A program made the position numbers and the translations under genes. From Candidatus Thorarchaeota archaeon (lineage in GTDB: Archaea > Asgardarchaeota > Thorarchaeia > Thorarchaeales > Thorarchaeaceae), in the NCBI GenBank assembly GCA_048884965.1, contig JBHLQH010000021.1, positions 1 through 60,850 of the forward strand: a DNA stretch of 60,850 nucleotides. The letters run 5' to 3'. Positions 47,410 through 56,376 of the stretch are shown here, piece after piece. Within the stretch, counting starts at the first letter, position 1. Every line of letters starts with the position of its first letter. Under the pieces are notes generated by a model. It was given only the letters and a program-made list of their open reading frames with translations, did not search any database and had not been told where the DNA came from.

Positions 47410-48714
47410 TTGAGAAAATTACGGTTCATCCTGTTACTTGCCCTTCTAATGATGCCAATTGTATCATATAGGACTGGACAAGCAACAGCACTTCCCTTTG
47501 ATGGAGAATATGCAGATCAATCGGTGACTGTTGGCTCACATCTGTATCTGGATCTTTCACTCTCATCGGGAGATGTAGTATCTGGATACTTTGAAACACA
47601 TGATGATGGAATGGGGCTTGATTTCTTCATCTGCACTGAAGCACAATATTTGATATGGGATGGAGGAGGAACAGCATCAGTTTATGAAAGTGTTGAGAAT
47701 ATGCACATTAACACCTGGTCCTTAACGGTCCCATCTACTGATACGTGGTATCTGGTATTCTATAATGATGATAGCGAAACCATCACATTCGATGCTGGTG
47801 TGGACATCAATGGTGACAATACACCCTATTATCAACCAAGCAGCTACGATTATACACAGTTTGGTCGAGTTCTAGAACCTGATGAGTGGTGGTATCTATC
47901 TGGCAATCTGGCAGCAGGTACTGAAATCTCAGGACACTTCTCTACCTTCTTCACTACCGATGGAGTTGATTTCTTCATCTGCAATGAGGAGAATTATGAG
48001 ATCTGGGATTCAGATGGATCTGCAACAGTATATGGGCTTCGAGAGAACTATCATCAATCAGCTATAGCAGCATTTACAGTTCCAACTAGTGGAGTGTGGT
48101 ACCTTGTCTGGTCAGCGCTTGATCAGGCAGATACGATATCACTCTCATATGGAGTCACGATAGACGATTCTGGAGCAACTGGTACAACTTCAGATACAAA
48201 CACAGATACAATCCCGCCACCTGACGGAGATATTATGCTTCTTGCCATCGGAGGAATCGCTGCTGTTGCAGTACTCCTCGTGGTCTGTGTTGTATGTAAC
48301 AAACGCAAAACAAGCGGTCCCACTCCCGGCGTACAAACGACTCGAGTAGGTCCCACTCCTGGAACTGGAAAGCCAATGATCGGTGCCTCGCAAAAGGATA
48401 TCGTCAAGGGAGCCCTGAAATCCTATCCAAGAGTCACCATGCTAGAGCTTGCAGACATATTAGAGATGGATGATGATACTGTACGCAATATCACATTGCA
48501 GTTGATTGCCGCTGGAGAAATCTCAGGAACCTTTGACAAATCAACTGGAGAATTCATCTCGAAAGATGCTTCCCAGGTTGGAAGGGAGCTTCGTGATTCA
48601 GCAGGAATTCTCAAACTACCTCGTTGTCCTAACTGCGGAGCACCACTTCCTGGAGATCACGTAATTGGTGATAGAGTGCAATGCGGCAACTGCGGCGTTA
48701 GCTTCACCATCTAA
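47410..48714 (+). CDS. Type I membrane protein: signal peptide, two beta-sandwich repeats, TM, PCI-like wHTH, Zn ribbon
   Basis: Repeat G..SG.F....G.DFFIC.E..Y.IWD..G.A.VY...VP....WYLV twice; TM; KSYPRVTMLELADILEMDDDTVRNITLQLIAAGEISGTFD; CPNC..CGNC; TTG start after GGAGGT. Confidence 0.75.
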   Translation: MRKLRFILLLALLMMPIVSYRTGQATALPFDGEYADQSVTVGSHLYLDLSLSSGDVVSGYFETHDDGMGLDFFICTEAQYLIWDGGGTASVYESVENMHINTWSLTVPSTDTWYLVFYNDDSETITFDAGVDINGDNTPYYQPSSYDYTQFGRVLEPDEWWYLSGNLAAGTEISGHFSTFFTTDGVDFFICNEENYEIWDSDGSATVYGLRENYHQSAIAAFTVPTSGVWYLVWSALDQADTISLSYGVTIDDSGATGTTSDTNTDTIPPPDGDIMLLAIGGIAAVAVLLVVCVVCNKRKTSGPTPGVQTTRVGPTPGTGKPMIGASQKDIVKGALKSYPRVTMLELADILEMDDDTVRNITLQLIAAGEISGTFDKSTGEFISKDASQVGRELRDSAGILKLPRCPNCGAPLPGDHVIGDRVQCGNCGVSFTI

Positions 48715-48719
48715 TAGAT

Positions 48720-48758
48720 GAAAAACGGAGGGATTTGTCCCTCCCATTTTCTCTTTTT
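48720..48758. terminator. Bidirectional hairpin terminator
   Basis: AAAAA-C-GGAGGGA-TTTG-TCCCTCC-CATTTTCTCTTTTT between convergent genes. Confidence 0.6.
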
Positions 48759-48759
48759 C

Positions 48760-49056
48760 TCAGTTATCGATTCTTTTCTTGTGATCCTTGATTTTCATCA
48801 TTATCTCATAACCATCAATGCCAAGAGCTCGAAGATAGGTATCAAGGGGTGGAACATCAGCGCTCTGTCCATTTAGGAATTCCAATACCACGTCCCTGAC
48901 CTCTTTCTCGAATCGTTTTTCCTTGCCGATTCTTTTCGCCATGAATCCCCAATCGAAAAGCATCATGTGCTTTTTGAATGCAGATGGATCACGTTCCGCT
49001 TTCGTCATGACTTTCTCAGTAATGAAATCGATGAGTTGTTGTTCTGCACTAATCAG
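48760..49056 (-). CDS. Hypothetical protein, probable CTG start
   Basis: ORF-track frame (ATG 49008) stays open to a CTG at 49056, 6 nt after an AGGTGA RBS. Confidence 0.55.
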   Translation of the reverse strand: MISAEQQLIDFITEKVMTKAERDPSAFKKHMMLFDWGFMAKRIGKEKRFEKEVRDVVLEFLNGQSADVPPLDTYLRALGIDGYEIMMKIKDHKKRIDN

Positions 49057-49142
49057 TGATGTTCACCTAATAGATATCTTGTTGGAGAGAATATAAACCG
49101 TCTTTGTTCAACCCCATTCGATTTTACGACGATAGATTTAAA

Positions 49143-49167
49143 TATAGTTAAGAAGATATTAACTATA
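49143..49167. promoter_or_regulatory. Perfect 9-bp inverted repeat immediately downstream of a TATA box (putative operator)
   Basis: TATAGTTAA-GAAGATA-TTAACTATA directly after TTTAAA. Confidence 0.55.
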
Positions 49168-49186
49168 GTAAAGGATAGAATCGATT

Positions 49187-49333
49187 ATGAATAAAGCAAC
49201 CTTGATAACCTGCAATTCGTGCAACGTGATTTTTAACACTAAGGCAGAAAGAGAAGAACATGCCTTCAGGATGCACTATGAAGAAGCAACAGGTCTACGT
49301 AGGGCAAAGAAATGGGCGGACTTGATGCTCTAG
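49187..49333 (+). CDS. 48-aa single C2H2 zinc-finger microprotein
   Basis: MNKATLITCNSCNVIFNTKAEREEHAFRMHYEEATGLRRAKKWADLML; C-x2-C-x3-F-x8-H-x4-H. Confidence 0.75.
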   Translation: MNKATLITCNSCNVIFNTKAEREEHAFRMHYEEATGLRRAKKWADLML

Positions 49334-49343
49334 TCAGCCACTC

Positions 49344-49739
49344 TCATTCCTCTTGTTCTTTATTCTTGAAATCTAATGCTGCTGAGTTGATACAATATCG
49401 TAATCCTGTAGGATTAGGGCCATCGTCGAATACATGCCCAAGATGACCACCACATTTTCTACACTTGACCTCAATACGAGTCATCCCGTAACTTTTGTCA
49501 ACTTTCCTCTCGATGCTGTCCTCAGATATCTTGTCCCAGAAGCTCGGCCATCCACTACCGGATTCGAATTTGGTGTCGGACTTGAATAGCTCATTTCCAC
49601 ATCCTGCACAGGTATAGATACCATTCTCTTTATGATGTACATACTTGCCTGAGAAGGGCTTTTCAGTCCCACATTGTCTCAAGACTTGGAATTGTTCAGG
49701 AGTTAGTTCTAAGCGCCATTCTTTGTCGGTCTTTTCCAT
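49344..49739 (-). CDS. msrB: Peptide-methionine (R)-S-oxide reductase
   Basis: GTEKPF, CAGC, KFESGSGWPSF, CRKCGGHLGHVFDDGP, RYCINS (Cys form); start MEKTDKEW. Confidence 0.95.
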   Translation of the reverse strand: MEKTDKEWRLELTPEQFQVLRQCGTEKPFSGKYVHHKENGIYTCAGCGNELFKSDTKFESGSGWPSFWDKISEDSIERKVDKSYGMTRIEVKCRKCGGHLGHVFDDGPNPTGLRYCINSAALDFKNKEQEE

Positions 49740-49839
49740 AGTTTCACACTCCTGAAAAGATTCGCAACAAGTAAAAAAAGGAATTAGAAAGTGGCAGAAT
49801 CTGATTGTGATTGCAGATTCCTTCCACTTCCCCGGTAAC

Positions 49840-50235
49840 TCACTTATGGAAATATGTGGCAATTAGATCGATGATAACCCCATAGGCAACGCCAGCAATT
49901 AGACCCATTAGATCAATCCAATCGGGTTTTCCAAAAATCGTAGCGAAAGAAATGATGAATCCCAAGATCAGTCCTCTAACCGCAGCATTGGCAAGATTCT
50001 TCTCGCTCTCGCTTTTGATGATTGTCACGTCACCAGCAAATCCGACGATTAGACCAATAATTACTCTATTATACCACACGCCAAGAAGGTACATGATATT
50101 CGCATCAAATCCACCTGGAACTCTCCCACCAACGCCTATGATACAAAGAATTCCAAGAAGAGAACCCATGACAATCGAAATCACAACACGCCGATAGTCT
50201 GTCATTATTCTTCGACTCATGGCGAGTATTCGCAA
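49840..50235 (-). CDS. Small four-TM membrane protein
   Basis: GSLLGILCIIGVGGR, WYNRVIIG; four hydrophobic segments. Confidence 0.75.
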   Translation of the reverse strand: MRILAMSRRIMTDYRRVVISIVMGSLLGILCIIGVGGRVPGGFDANIMYLLGVWYNRVIIGLIVGFAGDVTIIKSESEKNLANAAVRGLILGFIISFATIFGKPDWIDLMGLIAGVAYGVIIDLIATYFHK

Positions 50236-50316
50236 TTTTACCTTATTACTCTGATTTTATGGTCGAAATCCTGTTTCTCACTCCTTAATAGACTATAGAA
50301 CATATTCCCCATACAA

Positions 50317-50571
50317 ATGAAGAAAATCAAGCCAATCATCAGTGTGTGGGGCTTCGAAGGTTGTGGAGCAATGTGGGCATTCTTTAGTTTGAAAAAGGTT
50401 GCCGAAGCATCAGCTGGAGATAATTCAATCTTCAACTTCTCTATAGAAGAGGCATTTGAATTGGATAATCAGAGAAGGCAAGAATTAGGTTTCAAGAAAG
50501 TTACATTCGGTCAATTCATCGATTGTATAGATGCTTCAATCTCATGCACGCCTCCTGATATTGATTGTTGA
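50317..50571 (+). CDS. Hypothetical small protein
   Basis: 84-aa ORF filling the intergenic gap after a CTTAATA box. Confidence 0.45.
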   Translation: MKKIKPIISVWGFEGCGAMWAFFSLKKVAEASAGDNSIFNFSIEEAFELDNQRRQELGFKKVTFGQFIDCIDASISCTPPDIDC

Positions 50572-50629
50572 TTTTCTCTCGGATTTGTTGAGAAGTGGCC
50601 TTAACTAAAGGGATATCTTTCGGCTAAGC

Positions 50630-51460
50630 GTGGTATTCATGAAGCACGGCATTTACATCGCGAACTATGCTCTCCAAGGTGAACCAAGCAAATTTGTCCA
50701 GCTGGCTATTGAAGCGGAAAGAGCTGAGTGGGATGGTTTCTTCATATGGGACCATATTTACCCAGATCCTATAAACATACAGCAAGTGACAGACCCGTGG
50801 ATTACGCTAGCTGCAATAGCGGCATCTACTGATTCTATAAGACTGGGGACGACTGTAACCCCCTTACCAAGAAGAAGACCTCAGAAGGTAGCAAGGGAGG
50901 TAGCAACCTTGGACCGCCTATCAGGAGGAAGATTCACATTGGGTGTAGGATTGGGTAGTGATGTGCTTTCAGAGTTCTCCAAATTTGGAGAAGAGACAGA
51001 CACCAAGGTACGAGCAGAGATGCTAGATGAAAGTCTTGAGATTCTTCGAGGATTATGGAGTGGAAAAGAATTCACTTTCCAAGGAAAACACTACAGTATC
51101 GATAATGTAACCTTCAAACCCAGACCAAAGCAGAAGACAGTTCCAATCTGGTGCGCAGGAACTTGGCCATTGAAAGCTCCATTCAGAAGAGCAGCTAGAT
51201 ATGAGGGAGTATTTCCTCTAAGTTTGAACGAATTCTTGACCCCAAAAGATTTCATTGACATCCGAAAATATATTGACCGTTATAGGACTAAGAAATCAGA
51301 CTATGATGTTATTGATCTTATTCAGACCAAAGGTCCTGACGATACGGAATGGATTCCTGTACTATCCGAAGCTGGAGTCACATGGGTTCAGGAAGTGATA
51401 ATGGGGCAGGATATGAACGAAATCTTAGAACGTGTCAAAAAAGGGCCAGTGACTCGATAG
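50630..51460 (+). CDS. LLM-class (luciferase-like) flavin/F420-dependent oxidoreductase
   Basis: WDGFFIWDH, DPWITLAAIA, RLGTTVTPLPRRRP, DRLSGGRFTLGVGLG. Confidence 0.9.
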   Translation: MVFMKHGIYIANYALQGEPSKFVQLAIEAERAEWDGFFIWDHIYPDPINIQQVTDPWITLAAIAASTDSIRLGTTVTPLPRRRPQKVAREVATLDRLSGGRFTLGVGLGSDVLSEFSKFGEETDTKVRAEMLDESLEILRGLWSGKEFTFQGKHYSIDNVTFKPRPKQKTVPIWCAGTWPLKAPFRRAARYEGVFPLSLNEFLTPKDFIDIRKYIDRYRTKKSDYDVIDLIQTKGPDDTEWIPVLSEAGVTWVQEVIMGQDMNEILERVKKGPVTR

Positions 51461-51506
51461 CAGATATTACGACGGGCTTTTATACAACATCAATCTGAGA
51501 TGGATT

Positions 51507-52391
51507 ATGTTCTTCGGGATATCATATCACGAAAATGTCAATAACTGGGTGACAAAGAGCCTCATTGAATCTATGGAGAAGAAGGGGCATAAGGTCCATC
51601 CTTTGCGTCTATCAGATGTTGGAGCTGAAGTACCAAATAGATTTACGCATCTAGAAGAAGACATTTCAAATCTTGATGGGCTTATTGTCAGAACAATTGG
51701 ATTTGGAACAGGAGACCAGATAACGTACAGGATTAGCCTCCTTGAGCACTTCGAGGACGCGGGTGTATATGTGATGAATCCAGCCTACGCATTCAGAAGA
51801 GCAAAGGACAAGTATGCTACTTTGACTTCGTTGCAGAAAGTTGGGATTCGGGTACCACGAACGTACATTGGAGAGAACCTTGAAGCTGCAATTGAATTTG
51901 TAGAAGAAGTTGGAGATGTAGTAATCAAGCCTATGATCGGGGCGAGAGGAATGGGGGCAATAAGAGCAGAGATGCCTGAACTCACATACAGGGCAATGAA
52001 GTTCATTCATCAGCTGGGACAAGTTCTCTATATCCAAGAGATGATACAGAAGCCAGATAGGGACATTCGAGCCTTTGTTATAGGAAACGAAGTAGTTGGA
52101 GCAATGTATCGCTATCTACCTGCAGATGTAGAAGGGGAATGGCGCACTAATGTGCATGGTGGTGGAAGAGCAGAAGTCGTCGAGCTGGATGAGGAATACA
52201 AAGAGTGTGCCATAAAAACTGCAGAAGCACTAAATCTGGACTACACCGGAGTGGATATCCTGGAATCACCAGAAGGCCCCTGTGTAATCGAAGCAAACGC
52301 ATCACCGTCGTGGAGCGCACTGTCTCGAGTAACCGAACTTGATATCGCAGGAATGATTGTAGACAAGCTAGTCGAAAAATCTCGGACATGA
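51507..52391 (+). CDS. RimK/LysX-family ATP-grasp glutamate ligase
   Basis: KDKY, VIKPMIGARGMG, QEMI..PDRDIRAFV, WRTNVHGGG, GVDI, EANASP. Confidence 0.88.
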   Translation: MFFGISYHENVNNWVTKSLIESMEKKGHKVHPLRLSDVGAEVPNRFTHLEEDISNLDGLIVRTIGFGTGDQITYRISLLEHFEDAGVYVMNPAYAFRRAKDKYATLTSLQKVGIRVPRTYIGENLEAAIEFVEEVGDVVIKPMIGARGMGAIRAEMPELTYRAMKFIHQLGQVLYIQEMIQKPDRDIRAFVIGNEVVGAMYRYLPADVEGEWRTNVHGGGRAEVVELDEEYKECAIKTAEALNLDYTGVDILESPEGPCVIEANASPSWSALSRVTELDIAGMIVDKLVEKSRT

Positions 52392-52474
52392 GAAGAAAAG
52401 AACTAGTGGACCAAATATACTACTGCACAAATACTGCACTTCATATGCAAAAGAAAAACGGCCCGCCTGAACTC

Positions 52475-52816
52475 ATGATGAATGTATCCAGAGACCAACC
52501 TGAGAATCACCACCCTCGAACCGCATGTGGTCGTATAGGATGTGTGACCATCTATAAGACAGATGACTGTCATCTATGCGAAGCTGTTGATTCGTACCTG
52601 AAGGATTTGGTAAGATCTGAAGGTCTCTCAGAGAATATCATCAATACGATCGACAGAGCTTCAATGAAAGAAGAGCCTAATTTTGACGGAGTGTACTCTG
52701 CTCCAGCAGTTAGAGTTTGCCAGACAGTAATGACAGGACTTCCTGATGACGATAAAATGAGAAGCTCACTCAGATCTGCAACGAATAAGAAATGCTTCCT
52801 AGAGGATGTTACGTAA
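52475..52816 (+). CDS. Thioredoxin/glutaredoxin-fold protein
   Basis: IYKTDDCHLC, GVYSAPAV (cis-Pro), TGLP; start uncertain (ORF track 52388). Confidence 0.65.
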   Translation: MMNVSRDQPENHHPRTACGRIGCVTIYKTDDCHLCEAVDSYLKDLVRSEGLSENIINTIDRASMKEEPNFDGVYSAPAVRVCQTVMTGLPDDDKMRSSLRSATNKKCFLEDVT

Positions 52817-52822
52817 CACCCT

Positions 52823-53563
52823 CTATGCAGTCTTAGTTCGAAGTTTTAGGATCTCTTCGACTTCATCGTCGGAAAGGATCCTGAACCTCAAATCGTCAGT
52901 GTTTATCATACCGATCTCAATAGTTTCCTTGCGTTCCGCAGGAGAGGTGATTTCACCACTGACCTCATCAATAGCATCCATGGCTAAGGAGAGGGCATCA
53001 TCCAATTTTGCCTTTGGATTATAACGTTCCATAAAGAAATCACGAACACGCTCTGATTCTTTCCCAATCGCGGCAGCTTTCCAGCCCCAGAATGAACCTG
53101 AGGGATCAGTTGTATAAAGCTGCGGACCGTGATCATCAATACCGGCAAGCAACAACGAAACCCCGAATGGGCGGACTCCTCCGTATTGAGTATGCATCTG
53201 TTTGGTATCGCAGATATCAACGACTAGAGATTGAATTGATATGGGTTCATCGTAGCTCAGTCGGTTAATCTGTGCTCGGACTCTAGCTTGATCAATGAGT
53301 TTTCTTGCATCTGCATGAAGACCAGCTATGGCAGTTCCAACGTGATCGTCAATGAGTAATATCTTCTTCAACGTTGAAAGGTCAACTAACTTGTTCGGAG
53401 ACCTTTTCTCACCAACTAGGACGACACCAGTTTCGACCTTTACTCCTACTGCAAGTGGGCCATGGCGGACTGCCTCAGTTGCATATTCTACTTGGTAGAG
53501 ACGTCCTTCAGGACTAAATACTGTAATGGCTCTATCATAGCCCATGCTCTGAGTTGGAAACAT
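52823..53563 (-). CDS. psmA: Proteasome subunit alpha
   Basis: GYDRAITVFSPEGRLYQVEYA, AGLHADAR, RPFGVSLL, DPSG. Confidence 0.96.
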   Translation of the reverse strand: MFPTQSMGYDRAITVFSPEGRLYQVEYATEAVRHGPLAVGVKVETGVVLVGEKRSPNKLVDLSTLKKILLIDDHVGTAIAGLHADARKLIDQARVRAQINRLSYDEPISIQSLVVDICDTKQMHTQYGGVRPFGVSLLLAGIDDHGPQLYTTDPSGSFWGWKAAAIGKESERVRDFFMERYNPKAKLDDALSLAMDAIDEVSGEITSPAERKETIEIGMINTDDLRFRILSDDEVEEILKLRTKTA

Positions 53564-53669
53564 ATTGTAACACTCCAAACACATTAACCGGTAACCAATC
53601 CGGTCAAATTTACGAAACTAGAACGGCGCTTTTAAGGTTATTTCTATCTCCATGATTTCCTGTGGATGT

Positions 53670-54365
53670 TCATCTCCAATCCAAGTCTACTTCAAAAGAA
53701 GGGGATGAGGATTCGACGGTGATACGCACATCATCTTCAGAAACTAAAGCTAGTTTTTCCGATTCGTCTTCCCTGACTCCTACCGAAGGAACATAGTTTT
53801 GAATGGTGTATCTTCCTTCGAAGTCTATATCTTTGAGATACTCGATGATATCGCGAAGATCATCCAATGTCATAAGATTTCCAACATATGTTGTACGCGG
53901 CCAAAATTGTGTTGATGATGAAAGAATACAATCTATACTTTCTTGCACTCGCGGCCACGGATCAGCATTGGTTCTGCACACTTCAGCATACCTAGTTGGT
54001 GATGCCTTCAAATCAAACCAGATTGAATCAAGGTAGGGTAGAGACTTCTTTAGAATAGAAGGAACAGAACCCTGTGTGTTCAGATTGATATGCCCCCCAA
54101 TTCTTGTCTTTAGAAGCGCAAGGAACTCAGGTAGATCTTTATGAAGTGTAGGCTCACCGCCAGTGATACAAAACCCGTCGGAAAGAAATCCCTGAAGGCT
54201 TGATACCAAGTTGTCGAGGTCGACCACATCTCCACTTTCAGGGGGGATTAAGCTGGCATTCTGGCAGTATGGACAATCGAAATTACATCCACCAGTAAAG
54301 ATTACCGTGACTGGAATCCCGGGAACATCAACGAGACTAATGTCGATAATCGATGCCACACGCAT
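53670..54365 (-). CDS. Radical SAM glycyl-radical activase-like protein (NrdG/PflA type)
   Basis: FTGGCNFDCPYCQN, ITGGEPT, DLKA. Confidence 0.85.
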   Translation of the reverse strand: MRVASIIDISLVDVPGIPVTVIFTGGCNFDCPYCQNASLIPPESGDVVDLDNLVSSLQGFLSDGFCITGGEPTLHKDLPEFLALLKTRIGGHINLNTQGSVPSILKKSLPYLDSIWFDLKASPTRYAEVCRTNADPWPRVQESIDCILSSSTQFWPRTTYVGNLMTLDDLRDIIEYLKDIDFEGRYTIQNYVPSVGVREDESEKLALVSEDDVRITVESSSPSFEVDLDWR

Positions 54366-54540
54366 TGCAATATGAACCTCACTCTAGGAAATGTGAAAGC
54401 AAGTTAAATGTTGCACAAGAGAGAATCACATCGAATCCCTCGGTATATTTCCGTCATCAACCTTCAGCATTAATACCCTGAATTATCCCACCATAATTCT
54501 TATTTACTAATATCTCATAATACATGAACGGGACCGAACA

Positions 54541-54813
54541 ATGGAAACTGCAAGTGTTATACAAGAGGATATCTTAAAGAGTACACTGCTTCATATTCAG
54601 ATGAAACAGTGTCAGTATATCGATAATTTTCCTGAAACTGTAGCTTCAATCTTCTCTTCTATGCGAGTAGGGAATAGACTCAAGCCCTATGAGGATATGA
54701 AAAGGAAACTCTATCGAATCTCTACTTCATTCTTTGATATCAACAGCAAGATAAAGAAACGCGAATTCTACCTAGGACTATACGATAGAATTCAGAGAGC
54801 AATAAAGAGATGA
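54541..54813 (+). CDS. Hypothetical protein
   Basis: 90-aa ORF after a TTTATTTA box. Confidence 0.5.
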   Translation: METASVIQEDILKSTLLHIQMKQCQYIDNFPETVASIFSSMRVGNRLKPYEDMKRKLYRISTSFFDINSKIKKREFYLGLYDRIQRAIKR

Positions 54814-56280
54814 TCATTCTCGATCTGATTTTGCTTCTTTCAAAGTAATGATGAACTTAGCACCTTTGGCAGGATCACCCTTCACTCTATCTACAATACT
54901 GATTGATCCCCCGTACTTACGGATCATCTGAGCTACAAGTGTTAAGCCAACCCCACCAGATCTCTTACTCTTATCGAAGATTGTCTGTTTTTTCGCTTCA
55001 GAGATGCCAGGACCATTATCCGAGATATTCAGCTGAAAGATGCCATTCTTTCGAGTTGTTGAAACCCAGACCTTGCGTTTCTCCGTAGGGTTATGTCGTG
55101 CGGAATTCTCAAGCAGGTTCCAAACCAGCTCACCCAGTAATGCATCTGCCCATACCAGTGCAGTTTCATCAACGCCTTTTAGGTCTACTTTGGCGGAGTA
55201 GACCCTTTCAAGAACCGCAGCCTTCTCTTTTATGACAGTAGATAGGTCCATACTTGTCATAGGTAGAAGCCTTGTCTGTCCCGCTCGTTTTACCTTCGTG
55301 ATGAGCCTATTGCACCTTTGCACTGCATCGACTATGTCCTGTCTGGCATCATCTAGATATGATTTTGGCAGCTCATGGTCAAGTAGGCCAGTGGCGGTCA
55401 TAATCACCTGTAGTTGGTTTGCAACATCATGAGTCAATAAATCAAGATAGAATTGTACTGACTCCTCAGTTTCCTTTTGAGTAGTGATATCAGTGACTAC
55501 ACCAAATGTTCCCAAGAAGGCACCTTCACCGTTGTATAGAGGGACAGCTGAGATAATAGTCGGTACGATATGGCCGGATTTTGTAATCCATTGGAGTTCG
55601 TATCGTTCTGATTCACCCTTCTTTCGGGCGTACAGCTTGGATTCCATTGTTTTGCGATCAGTGTTTTGCGTGAAATCTAGCCAACATTTTCCAACTATCT
55701 CGTTTCTATCATACCCAAGCATTCTACAGAATGCATCATTAGCATACGTCAACTTAAGGTCAGAATCATCAATTACAAGACCATCATTCATAGTTTCAAT
55801 TAGTGTTCGATAACGTTCTTCGGATTCCTTTAGTGCATTTCGACTAAGTATTTCTTCAGTCCTATTCTGGATGAGAACAAGGAGTTTCTTTTGGCCATCA
55901 ATAGTATTGATGAGCGTGACTCTCAAGTCAGCATACTGTACATTCTTCCTTGTGTCGTAAACTTTGATGCGATATGAATCTGGAACATCCATGCCCTTCA
56001 TTCGATCTGTATACCTTTGGGAGATTGTTGCTCTATCATCTTCATGGATGAATTCACGAAAATCAGAACCTATGAGCTCACCTTTCTTCGCTTGAATCAT
56101 CTTGTATCCCTCCTCGCTGATGTACTCGAATTTGTAATCAGTTCCAAGAAGGACTACTGCATCATGGCTGTGCTCGAGAATGAGATATAGGGCTTGTTCA
56201 TCTAGGCGGATGTCACCGAGTTTGAATTCAAAATCTGAACTCAAAGGCGTTGTGCCTTCTCGACTTGACTTCTTAGTCAT
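54814..56280 (-). CDS. Cytoplasmic PAS-PAS sensor histidine kinase
   Basis: Two PAS domains; H-box LTHDVANQL, N-box NLLENS, G1 DNGPGI, G2 GGVGL. Confidence 0.9.
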   Translation of the reverse strand: MTKKSSREGTTPLSSDFEFKLGDIRLDEQALYLILEHSHDAVVLLGTDYKFEYISEEGYKMIQAKKGELIGSDFREFIHEDDRATISQRYTDRMKGMDVPDSYRIKVYDTRKNVQYADLRVTLINTIDGQKKLLVLIQNRTEEILSRNALKESEERYRTLIETMNDGLVIDDSDLKLTYANDAFCRMLGYDRNEIVGKCWLDFTQNTDRKTMESKLYARKKGESERYELQWITKSGHIVPTIISAVPLYNGEGAFLGTFGVVTDITTQKETEESVQFYLDLLTHDVANQLQVIMTATGLLDHELPKSYLDDARQDIVDAVQRCNRLITKVKRAGQTRLLPMTSMDLSTVIKEKAAVLERVYSAKVDLKGVDETALVWADALLGELVWNLLENSARHNPTEKRKVWVSTTRKNGIFQLNISDNGPGISEAKKQTIFDKSKRSGGVGLTLVAQMIRKYGGSISIVDRVKGDPAKGAKFIITLKEAKSDRE

Positions 56281-56376
56281 CGTAAATGCCCCATTCAGTT
56301 ACTGATTCACTTTATTGGTGAATCTATTCAGTTTTAGGAGGGTGTATTATTTATTTCGTATAGGAAGATATAATGT

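Noticed and set aside
49344-49739. MsrB as a possible selenoprotein
   Set aside because: The catalytic position is an ordinary Cys (RYCINS) and there is no in-frame TGA
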